Below are positions 13,770-24,386 of a stretch of 64,000 nt of DNA, one piece after another. The notes beneath the pieces were generated by a model, which made no database searches, had not been told where the DNA came from, and saw nothing but the letters and a program-made list of their open reading frames with translations. The translations under genes and the position numbers were made by a program. Source of the DNA: Anthoceros angustus (lineage: Eukaryota; Plantae; Anthocerotophyta); NCBI GenBank assembly GCA_010909165.1, contig MU008201.1:1-64000 (forward strand), in the 5' to 3' direction. Positions within the stretch are counted from its first letter, which is position 1, and each line of letters opens with the position of its first letter.

Positions 13770-14605
13770 CTAAACTGCGAGGGCCATGCCCAGATGTTCA
13801 AGATCTGATGTATCGATCAAGTGAGCAGCAGCAGAGACGAGCCGAGGCAAGGAGGAGGCGTCCAACCTTGCACCCGAGGCTGCCGCGTTTCCAGAAGAAC
13901 CCGATCGCGTCCGGCTCGGAGGTCCAGACGAAAGTGCAGGAGGAGATGGGCGATCAGGAGGAGATGGGCGATCAGGAGTGTCACCCGTAGGCCGGGATCC
14001 TGCAACGTACTGGATGCTGAAGCGCATTCCGGCAGCGCAGTCGCCGGTGAAGCTGCTGCTGAAGTAGTAGATGCCGGCGTCGGGAAGCTGCAGTTGATCT
14101 CTCCCAGAGTCGAAGGTGGCGATCGGGCTGCTGGTATCGCAGGTGCGGTAGGACGTGGAGTCCAGCTGCACCACGTTGTGGCTCTGGCGGGCGTAATCGA
14201 ACTCTGCCGCATGTACAGGCAGCAACTCCGAGTCCTCACAGTCAGAAACAATGAAACAGTGCGATGCATTCGGCCATGAAACGGCCCAAGAACAATGAGA
14301 CTGCTGAAGGACATGGGCATGGAGCGCTCACCCAAGATGTCAGTGTCCGCGTACAGCGGCGCCACGGAGTCGGCCCAGTTCTGGTAATAGCTCGGGGAAC
14401 TGCGGATCATCCATCGTCCCGACCCGTAGCGTCCATTTTCCCCACGGAGAAGGAGTAGGCGGTGGGGCCCGGGCCCGGGGAGGATCCGCAGCGGCAGCAC
14501 CAGGCGCACGACATGTACATGTACAAGCGCGGCGTGCACGGCCAGCACCGCCCTGGTGTCCAACCTCGCCCTGCTCCTGCTCCTGCTGCTCCTGCACACC
14601 GCCAT
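13770..14605 (-). CDS. Single-domain phytocyanin / ENODL paralog (tandem duplicate of the 10-11.5 kb gene)
   Basis: MAVCRSSRSRSRARLDTRAVLAV, YYQNWADSVAPLYADTDIL with an intron at the same position as copy 1, HNVVQLDSTSYRTCDTSSPIATFDSG...YYFSSSFTGDCAAGMRFSIQY. Frameshifts near 14.4-14.5 kb. Confidence 0.75.
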
Positions 14606-15789
14606 TCTCACCTTCGCACCAGAGCGGCAGCACGGGAGAGGAGATTAGAGGACAGCAGACCTAGGATTGTATAGCGCTCGCTGGCTACCGTCCTGGAGCT
14701 CTCTGGAGTGCGGAGCAGGCCGGAGAGATCGATGGTGCAGTGTGCAATGCCTGAGTCAGAAGAAGGATTTAAAGGAGGTGACGGGCAGCTACAGCTAGTA
14801 GAGGATGGCGGTCCGGACGATCGGTCTGGCTATGGCGGAGAGACATCACAGTGCTGGAGCGGGCTTCGAGGAAAGGGATCCGGAAATAGCACGACCACCG
14901 AGTTTTGGACCGAGTCGCAAGCCAGGCTGGGGACTGGGCATGATTTTGCTGTCGGATATCGTCCCAGGCATGGGCAAGTGGCTGCCACTCGCCGTACCGC
15001 ACGGCGATGTGCATGTTTTCAGTTCCTCGGCCTGATGAACCTCATCAGCGAATCAACGCGGCTGCCCACGTTGCCGAAAGCCTGCGATGTGTGCAGAATG
15101 GCACATTGGCCAGCCCACTTGCCATTGACTAAAGCAACGGAAACCGCATGAGAGGCCATGTGAGCAGAATTGCATTCCCAGGTCCAGTGAACGGAACTGA
15201 CCAATTCTGCCCTCTGCCCATCATCCAACCTCAACATCGGAGAGGAGAGTCTAGAGGTTCCTACACAATCTTCTTCTCTTTGAGATCAACCCCGCATTCT
15301 GAGGCCTATCGTGGAGTTCCATCCTACGAGTCTCGATTCCCATCACCCCAAACAACTTAAGAACGTCTCACAAATACCAAGCTGGATTGCAGCAGGCACT
15401 ACTTGAATCCAACGCTGTGAGCACTGCTCACCAGCGGTTGATATCCGACAGCAGCAGCTCCAGCTTCAGCTTGACTGGAGTCGAGGCTTGAGTACAAGGA
15501 AATGCTTCTCTGATTCGGTGCCTCCTGTTTCACCCTGACGCCAAACTGTCAGCAATGGTCAGCATGCCCACAAAGCATATCTTCCTTTCTCACAGAGTGG
15601 CTTCAACACCAATTTGTGAGGTACATGGCCTCCTTCCTGCTCCAGACGTGCATTCGTGCTCTCTGGTGGAATCAGGCTTGGCTCGAGGTTGCTCCTGCGG
15701 TTTCTGTGAGCGGAATTGGGTCAGGATGGGAGCGGCGGTGCAAAGAGTGCAATATCATCTTTCCTTTCCCCACCGCAAATGCATAAACC

Positions 15790-16200
15790 TGTATCCAGCA
15801 GTCCTCTTTCGACAATCTGCGAGTGCAGCTGCCCGTCCTTCTGTAAGGCACCAGTGCTTCACAAGCCTTCAGAAGGCAAGGAAAAATAACACGGTTAGCC
15901 AAATGCAGGCCTCCTGCTCCATTTGTCCATACACAACAAGCGCCTCATGTCCAAGCTGTTGCTCTGCATACCCAGCAATCAGGGCTGTCCATGTCAATAC
16001 ATCCTTTGTGGCCAAGCTGTCAAAACCTGGCGTGCATCTTCCAGTTCACCACTATTTTGCATACATGTCCACCAGGCAGGTGCCCAGCACTACGTAACCT
16101 GGAAGAGACGTAACCTGGACCGGGCGTAACCTGGACCAGGCGTAACCTGGACCAGGCAAGTCCATTGCCTGATGGAGATTCATATTGTGCAGGCTATGGC
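15790..16200 (-). pseudogene. PLS-class PPR gene fragment
   Basis: VLGTCLVDMYAK*GELEDARQV-DSLATKDVLTWTALIAGYAEQQLGHEAL...NRVIFPCLLKACEAL...LHSQIVERGL, with a stop and frameshifts. Confidence 0.75.
16092..16158. repeat. 16-bp tandem repeat x4 (CGTAACCTGGACC(A/G)GG)
   Basis: Directly visible, within the PPR relic. Confidence 0.85.
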
Positions 16201-16261
16201 AAATGCACCTCAAGTAGCTAGGTGATACAAATTCTCTAAGCGCATAGGTAATAAGTAAAAT

Positions 16262-17125
16262 TCATATCTCTAAGCAGGCCAGTTCCACATCCTTCAAGTG
16301 AGTCCTGATATCTCGTTCCAAAATTTGCAGTCTGCTGGAGTTCAACTCAGCCTTGCTTGTGTCTCTCTCATGAGACGCAGAACCATCAAGACCATTACGA
16401 TTTGTGTCTTGATCAGATGGCAGCTCCTTAGGCAGCACCGTGTCCTCGTAGTAGAAAAGCCGAGCATCTTCTACCTTCACTGCTGTAACAGCAGAATGAA
16501 GCTGTCCAAGGCGAGACCTAGCATCCTCCACCTGTACCAGAGACATTTGAGCATGGAGCGGCAAAGCCGCCCAGGCACTGCCACAAGCAAACGGCATCTC
16601 AGCGGCAAAACCCTCAGTCTCAAACATTCCACTATGACACCTTCCTCACCTGCTGGCTCCCTTCACCACGCCCCAGTTGAACCCCGCAGGAGCTGCCTCT
16701 TTGTAGCCAGCATCAAACCCTTCTTGCAAGGTGGACAGCTTCCCGGCGTCAATCCCCATCACGGTATCCCAGCTGCGCCACATCAAGGCTTCTTGCATCA
16801 CAAAGAAGCACATCAAGCACCACAAAAACCAAATCGAGCATCACCAAGAAGACCAAGCTTCACCAAGACCAAGCATCACAAGGAAGAAGCAACATCACCA
16901 CGAAGCAGATCATGCAACCAAATCCTGATCCACCAGCATGCAAAGCAAACGATGCAGAAAGCCCTAGCCGAAGCCGCAGCGAGCAAGGAAGGAAGGAAGG
17001 AAGCATACGTTGTGGAACTTGCTTTGCCGCAATCCCCATTCTCTGTTCAGCTCCTCTTGCTGCAGGCCAGCCTGGTCGCTCTCCAGACCAAGCTCCCAGA
17101 CATCCCGTCCTCCCACCGCTTCCAT
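16262..17125 (-). CDS. YAE1: YAE1-like protein (Yae1_N domain)
   Basis: Exons 17125-17009, 16772-16650 and 16577-16262 give ELNREWGLRQSKFHN|LGYRDG-IDAGKLSTLQEGFDAGYKEAAPAGFNWGVVKGAS|SAWAALP. One extra G in a GGGG run at ~16757. Confidence 0.85.
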
Positions 17126-17283
17126 TCCCAGGGTTTTCCATCCAGCAACAAGGCGTGTAAAGCCCTTCCGCTCACGCTCACGAGAGCCTTCTCTTCTCCG
17201 AGGTGATCTGTAGACTGCCTTCCCTCCACATCCCTACACGCATATCTCCTTTGCTCCGTCCACCAATTCTCTTAGCTCCTCCG

Positions 17284-18282
17284 ATGGCAGCCACGGCAGG
17301 TGCCGGCCGCTGGACACCGGCGTCCTCCCGCCATGTCTCTCTCGAAGCTGCAGAGCGGATGGGCGTGCAGGTGGAGCCAGGGTGCGGCTTGCGCTGTTGG
17401 AAGGGCGCCCGGTGGTGGCTCTCGAATCCACCATCATCTCTCACGGGATGCCGTTCCCGCAGAACCTCAGCACCGCGCGGGAGGTGGAGCAGGCGGTGCA
17501 GGAGCAGGGCGCCGTGCCCGCCACCATCGCCATCCTCGGCGGCGTGCCCCGGATCGGTCTGACGGAACCAGAGCTGCGGCACCTGGCGGAGCTGGGACCC
17601 GGGCGGTGAAGACGGCCAGGCGGGACATGGCGGCTGTGGTGGCCCAGGGGATGGACGGCGCCACCACCGTGTCTTCCACCATGTTCCTGGCAGCTGTAGT
17701 CGGATCTCGGTGTTCGTGACGGGGGAATCGGGGTGCACCGGCACGGAGAGCTCCATGGACGTGTCGTCCGATCTGACAGAGCTCGGGCGGACGCCCGTGG
17801 CTGTGGTTTGCGCGGGCGTGAAGTCCATCCTCGACATTCCTCGGACGCTGGAGTACCTGGAGACGCAGGGGTGACGGTGGTGGGATACGAGTGCGATGAA
17901 TTCCGGCCTTCTTCACCAGGCGGAGCGGGTGCCGGGTCCCCTGCAGAGCCGACGGGGCTGGAGTGCGCTGCCGTGGTCCAGGCCGCTCTCAGGCTGCAGG
18001 TGCAGAGCGGGGTGCTGATTGCGGTGCCTGTCCCTGAGGAGCATGCTGCGGTGGCGGGGTTGGTGGAGGATGCTATTCATGCGGCCCTGAAGGAGGCGGA
18101 GGAGAAGGGGTTGTGGGCGCTGCAGTCACGCCGTTCTTGCTGAAGCAGTGAACGAGCTCACTGGTGGAGCTTCTCTTGCTGCCAATATCGAGCTGGTGAA
18201 GAACAATGCTCGTGTGGGAGCAAAGGTGGCTGTGGCGTTGCAGGGGCTGCGAAGAGGTGGACTGCAGGTTGCTAGACTGTGA
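17284..18282 (+). CDS. psuG: Pseudouridine-5'-phosphate glycosidase (PsuG/IndA family), intronless, with several single-base frameshifts
   Basis: [120 protein letters not shown]. Confidence 0.9.
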
Positions 18283-18480
18283 AGGCCTCGGTTATGCTGG
18301 TGGGAGATGGATGGGCATGCTGGAGTGGATGGCAAGGCATTCCTCAAATGGGCATGGCCTTTTAGCCACTTGCAAGAGTATCAAGCATGTTGTTTGATAC
18401 CCTTCGGCCGTGACATTTCGCTAAGGGGTGGTATAATTTGCCCGATGAAGTGGGAGCTTGTGAAGAGCCGGTGCTGGAGA

Positions 18481-18678
18481 AAGCTTCTTGCGTGAGATGA
18501 TATTAGCACCTGGCTGCTGATGGAGGTCTATTCTTTCTCTCAGGGAGAGACAGGAGTTGGAGAGCAGGAAGGACAGTGAAGCTTCTTAAGTGAGATGATA
18601 TTAGCACCTGGTAGCTGATGGAGGTCTATGCTTCCTCTCAGGGAGAGACAGGAGTTGGAGAGCAGGAAGGACAGTGAA
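18481..18678. repeat. 98-bp near-perfect tandem duplication
   Basis: Units start at 18481 and 18579: AAGCTTCTT..GTGAGATGATATTAGCACCTGG...GAGAGCAGGAAGGACAGTGAA. Confidence 0.9.
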
Positions 18679-19576
18679 CACAGAAGGCAGCGACAAAGGA
18701 GGACGGCGAACAAAGAACGACAGTGAACAGAGTAGGACAATGAACAAAGATGGACAGCAAATAAAGCTGGACAGAGAACAAAGGAGGACAGTGCAGAGAG
18801 GAGGACATCGACAAAGAGTTCTGAGACAGGCAAAGGTTTGTGTTGGAGTGGCATTACGCATCACATGAACCCACAAATATATGGCAAATTTTTCCTTCTC
18901 ACTCTTGAGTAAATCGCATCAACTGTTATCGTCCAGCACCTGCTCTGAAAACCAGTCTGTCTGCGGCAGCCATCCATAATGGCAGCACCAGTGTGGGGAC
19001 CACGGAGCACTAGGGCTCCTTTCTCGCAAACGCCAAAACGTCAGTCTGCGTGTGCAATGAAAGGATGTCCTGTAAAGCATCTAAATGCCATCCAGATCGT
19101 ACACCTCTAGTATCACAATCCTCCCCGTCAGCATCACGCCTGCCAGCACACCACGTGTTGAACTACTCCAAATCTGACATGTCCGGTGTTGCTGTTGCCA
19201 TCCCAGCAGCCCCAAGACCAGTTTCAACGAGGCGTGCAACGACCAAAGACTCTACAGAGTCTAGACTCTCGGCGTCAAGAATTGGCATTTTCCAGCTTCC
19301 CTATATGAACATCTCACTCGTGATCAACAGAAGATTTTGGATAGACATCCCCGTGAGGAAAGACCTGTGATCACCTTAGGATATCGATTTTGGATAGACA
19401 TTCCGTGGAGCCAAGCTGCATGGATAGACATCCCGGTGAAGTCCGTTTGAGGAAACTTCTTTAACAGACGCAGGCAGCACGCAGATAAATTTCGCAAACA
19501 CACACTTGGTTTTCACTGTTGCGGACGCTTTGTCTCTTGCTTTTCATCTCTTCCGCTTCCGACACCAACTGTCATC

Positions 19577-20872
19577 ATGGCCCCTCCAGCTACGGACCTG
19601 AATTCGGCATCCAAGTTCAAAGTAGTGTTCGTAGGAGCTGGAGGTGTGAATTTCGGAAGTTTGGAAGGTCCATGGAACCATTCTGCGCGGCTGGAAAGGT
19701 GAGTTTCTTGTTCTGAGGCTGTTTCGAGGCTGCTCTGTTCTGCTCTGTTCCTTCTTGTCAAGCTCCCTGCTTGAACACGTTGTCGCTGCTTTTCTTACAG
19801 TATTCTCGGCAAGAGTCTGGAAGTGACAGCACTCGTCAGCCCCGCGGGTCGTGAAAAGGTCTTGGCTCTCAAACGATCGTCTCCCGCAGCTGCATCCTAT
19901 GCCAACACGAAGGAATACGACGATGTTTCAGACTTCCTCGCAGATCTGGCCTCCTCCCCCGACAGCAACTCCATCAAGCCCGACCTGGTGCTAGTCGGCG
20001 TGCCACCAGCATACCACGGCAACACCGCACCCGGAACCGACATCGAAGTCCAGCTTTCCAATTCCATCACCAACAACTTCGTCCTCTTCGTGGAGAAGCC
20101 GATGTCGAGCTCCCCGGTGCAGGACGTGAAGCTGGTAGGCAAGTACCTGGCGGAGCAACACCGCCTGGTGTCCGTGGGATACTTCATGCGCTACCTCAAG
20201 CTGGTGCAGACCATGAAGGACATCATCAGCAGCAACAAGCTGACGGTGATAGCCACAGTGGCCCGCTACACGTGCTGCTACGCCGCCATCGCCAAGAAGG
20301 AGTGGTGGATGAAGACCATCTCGTGCGGGCCGATTGTGGAGCAGGGCACGCACTTCTGCGACCTGTCTCGCTACTTCGGTGGCGACGTGGAGATCTCGAC
20401 TGTGCAGGCGCACGCGGTGGAGCACAACGAGGCGCCCGGGAAGCTCTCCAGCATCCCGATCGACGAGGCGAGCATCCCCGAGGAGGATCGCATCCCGCGG
20501 CTCACCTCGGCCATCTGGAAGTACAAGTCGGGCGCCGTGGGCTCCATCGTGCACGGCATCAACCTCCAGGGAGTCAAGTTCAACTGCGAGCTGGAAGTGC
20601 ATGCCGACGGATGGCTGCTGCACCTGGTGGATCCCTACCACTCGCCTCTGCTCAAAGTCCGGTCTCCTGCCAGCGACGAGCCCAAGGTCTTCACTGCCCC
20701 AGGCGATGATCCTTACCTGAATCAGATGCAGACTGTGGTTGCCGCTGCTCGGAATCCCGGCAATTCGACAGTCTTGTCCACCTGGGAGGACGCTGCCAAG
20801 ACCTACGAGCTCACCTGGGCCATCAGACATGCAAGCGAGGCTTCTTCTGGTAGAGGCAGCAAGTCTAATTAG
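19577..20872 (+). CDS. Gfo/Idh/MocA-type NAD(P)-binding oxidoreductase, fungal-like subfamily (397 aa, one intron)
   Basis: Exons 19577-19698 and 19801-20872 are in frame. Rossmann motif VVFVGAGGVNFGSLEGPWNHSARLE, LFVEKP, VSVGYFMRYL, GPIVEQGTHFCDLSRYFGG, ELEVHADG, DAAKTYELTWAIR. Confidence 0.9.
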
Positions 20873-21055
20873 GTAGACAGGGTACATGGGTGTCCATTTT
20901 GCTTTTGAATTAGGTCCGTTTTTTCCTTTTGCTGGATGAATACTATGCACCTATGTACATGGAATCGGGTCTCTCGTCCGGACACCCACATAAATACAAG
21001 AAATTTTCAGAGTTCACGATAGCATCTGCATAAGGCCAATCAAAGATTGAAAACG

Positions 21056-24000
21056 TCATTCATCGACGAAGTACTTGTAGCAAGCCCGGATGGACCTTGA
21101 GTCGGGTTCAAAAGAGGAACGGAAGGGGTTGTCAGCAGAAAGCGGAATTTGGAGTTGTCCGGAGGTTCGGTGATGGATAGGTGGGAGGGGAGAGGTTGGT
21201 GTATCTGTGTGAGCGGGTGATGGCTCTGTGGAGTCTGGACACACGAAATTTAGGCTCTCTAACCTAGAGAGCAGATTCTCTGTTCCGGTTTGAGGAGATG
21301 GAGAGGGGTCGAAAGATAGTGGGAGGCTGGTAAACAAGACACGCTGACCGTCTGATTCTTGGGTTTCTGATGATAGGTCATGGACACAGCTTGAACAAAG
21401 AGGGGATACAGATATTGGGAGGTCGCAAAGGAGATGGACTTCTGGATCATCCAAGCTTGCAACTTCAGAATCTGGAGTGGCTGCCACCCTTGTCACACCT
21501 GCTTCTTCGAAAGGGAAGTCGAAGTAGGCGCATCGTGTGCTCAGGTCGTCGGTCCAGAAGCTGTCTGACTCCTCCTGCCTTCGGTTTGTCCCGCTTTCAG
21601 AAACCTCAAGGGCAGGTGACGGAGAATCCTGCACAGTCAATGGCCGACTGCAAGCGGCCCACAAGCTTGAGGGTATGCAGTCAAAAGGAGAGGACAAGCT
21701 GGTGACACAGGGAGGGATTTGCCAAACTGCCCTAGCCACAACTTCAGCAAGGTCAGCCAAGACGCGATCTGCAATATCCTCGTACTCGTATTTGTCGTCG
21801 TTCAGTATACCATTGCTGTTGGTGTAGATCACAGCAGACAAGAAGAAGGACCGTTGTCTCTCAAGGTCAAATATGTACCTGCGTAGTGGTACAGATTGTT
21901 AGAGTGATACAGAATGTTTGGGCACTGCTGATCGCTGCATCACATGGAGATAAAAAGGAGACCATACGCGTTGTCAATTGTAAACCCGTATGCACGGCCG
22001 ATCTTGTTGTAGATACGTAAGGCTCCTTTTGCACGAACCCGTGAGAGGCCTGGTAAGAAAAACTGGAAACAGAACAAACAATGCGCAGATCCATGACTCA
22101 AGAGTTTCCACTGACTCTCCATGGACTGTCACAGACATCAACAAGAACCACTGAATTCGAAATCTATACCTTGCAATAATCGTCAGGGTAATCAGCCTTG
22201 TTATATTTCGGATTGCTGGAATCTGATGGGTACTGGCTCATGGCCTCCATCAGCATCATGCGTGTGCCGTCATTGAGCCTAAGTGGAGGTGAGTCTAACT
22301 TCCATCAGCCAAGAAATAGAGAGGTGTTATACACGGCTTCACTCCACGGCTTCTGAGCCTCCCACGAAAAGATAGGAAGCAGCAGGGTGCTCACCTCAAC
22401 ATCTCTCCGAACCAGCTTTACAAGCAGATTTTGCAAGTCTAGCAGACTCATGTAGTTCTTCTTTGAAAAGTCCATTGACTCTGGAACCTGGGAAAGCATG
22501 TCGGAAAACCGTGGCATGGTTAGCACATGCATTCAGTGCGTTATGGACTTGTTAAGCCCACAGAGTGATGCAGGCAGGAAATGAAGACATACCAGTTTCT
22601 CATCTTCCGTGACGTATGCAGTCCCCACATGCACTCCTGGCAAGGAGCTGTTTTCCGGAAGCACCAGGTTGCTCTTCTTGGGAGGCAGCGTAAGGTTAGT
22701 GGCCCCTAACTTCAAGCTCACCGGTTCGCAGTACTGGTTTTCTTCTGGTGTCAAGCACACAGAGAGTCGGTGTTGGAGCCTTGCACTCAACAAGCCAAGA
22801 CTCCACCTGCAGTGCACAGTGATTCATTTCGGCCAGAAATACTGGCACATCCAACTATTCCCGCCAGTGAGAGTGCCGAACACAATTTAACACTGCTCCT
22901 CACCAAGAAACATAACCGACAGTCTGTGACGAACCTACTCACATGGCTCTGTTCATGGAGTGGTGACCAACAAAGGTATACAGACGATTATATGCAGTGT
23001 TATCCGATACCTGGCAACATTTTCAACAGCACAATCACTATCAGAGGCATCGAAACACAGCTCCAGCTCAAGAAACAACCGAAACACACCTGCCACAACT
23101 TATACCAGGAAAAGCTTACGAATCTCATGTGCAATGGTGATGTTCTGCTGATCCAAGTTGGAAGGATCCACCTTCTCCTCTTCTGCTCCCTCAAAAAGAG
23201 GATAGAAGGAAATAGGAGTGGTGCAATTCACGTCTACAGCTGGAACCAAACCCTAAACCAATCAGCTCGGGAGCAGACACCAAACTCAATCATCAAGTTC
23301 CAGCTCCGAACCAAACACGGCCACACACCTAGCACCTCCTTCAGGTGTTTAACCTTCTGAACAGCAGCCACAGCGCCACAGAGCTTGATCGCACTGCACC
23401 AAACAGGCAGGCCTTGTTCACATGCATTGCCAAAATGAAATCCGACCAATTCCACCCACCACTCCTCTCCGCTACTCACCTGGCAGGATAGAAATACTCA
23501 TGATCCACACGGTAAGCGTGGCGCAGGAGCTGAGCAGGCCCAGCCCCGTCCCCCTCCACCACCTCCGACACTAGCACCTGGAACCTGAACGTGGTGGCCT
23601 TCTCCATGACACGCCCAAACATGGCAGGATGCGCATCCAGAACCCTCTCCAAGAAGCCGGGCCTCCCTTTCTCCCCCAACGCATGGCCCCCACCCCGCAT
23701 CTCCTCTTCCAGCAATTCTCTCCACTCCACCCTCCTGCCACAACCTCATCACTGCTCAAAATCCAACAAGAACATGCGCCCTGCCAGCACAGACCCCGAT
23801 GACATCTGCCAACACCCAGTGGCGAATCTCACTCCACTCCCCCGTCACTCAAAAACGAAGGTGAAATCCAGTCTGACTCGGAAAACAAGCACACCTTACC
23901 ACCTGTACGCGGTATCCACAGACCTCCGGGTCAGAGAAGCTGCCAACGCGATTCCTGTGGTCAAGCCCGTCAGAAGTAAAGTCCAATCTGTGCCCCTTGA

Positions 24001-24093
24001 AAAAATCAAGCCACGCCAGTCGCCAGTTACAGGCCGCATTAAATGGAGTCTGCAGTCAGTCACGCGACCAATTCGCACAGACGTCTGCCGCAT
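21056..24093 (-). CDS. Multi-exon serine hydrolase of the class A beta-lactamase / penicillin-binding fold, bacterial type, with N-terminal hydrophobic anchor and Ser/Pro/Asp-rich C-terminal extension
   Basis: About 10 GT-AG exons give RFQVLVSEV...YRVDHEYFYPAS|AIKLCGAVAAVQKV, IAHEIRKLFL|VSDNTAYNRLYTFVG, ESMDFSKKNYMSLLDLQNLL, MSQYPSDSSNPKYNKADYPDDYCK|FFLPG, LRIYNKIGRAYGFTIDNA|YIFDLERQRSFFLSAVIYTNSNGILNDDKYEYEDI. One junction (~22290) needs a 1-nt correction. Exon 1 (24093-23903) is inferred from phase compatibility. Confidence 0.85.
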
Positions 24094-24349
24094 TCATGTC
24101 GGAAGTCCAGTCGCCTCTGAACACAAGCTCTTGAATTCCTTCCCAGGCCCACCCACAATATTCTCCTATTTATCATTAATTGCTATCATCATGGGCTTAA
24201 TTCAATCCATGTGTCCATTCGAAGACTCAATCACAAAAGGTACAAAGTAAGAATATATCCCTCACTAGATCAATTAAAAATATATAAAAATTATACAAAG
24301 AAGTATATAATTTGAATATATCTAGTTTAAAATTATTTGAAAATAAATA

Positions 24350-24386
24350 TAATATATTATATTATATTATATTATATTATATTATA
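24350..24386. repeat. (ATATT)n microsatellite
   Basis: Directly visible. Confidence 0.85.

Noticed and set aside
14770-15250. Weak ankyrin-like phrases on the minus strand (AILHTSQAFGNV, HIAVRYG, QSPAWLA)
   Set aside because: The match to the ankyrin consensus is too poor and interrupted to support a call without a profile search.
16298-17206. 302-aa plus-strand ORF
   Set aside because: Antisense to the spliced YAE1 gene and runs through its introns.
19991-20950. 319-aa minus-strand ORF
   Set aside because: Antisense shadow of the high-GC3 oxidoreductase exon.
19577-24093. Microbial contamination as the explanation for the foreign-looking genes
   Set aside because: Both genes have short GT-AG introns in the same style as the neighbouring plant genes and sit contiguously among them. 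A raw-read check is still advisable.
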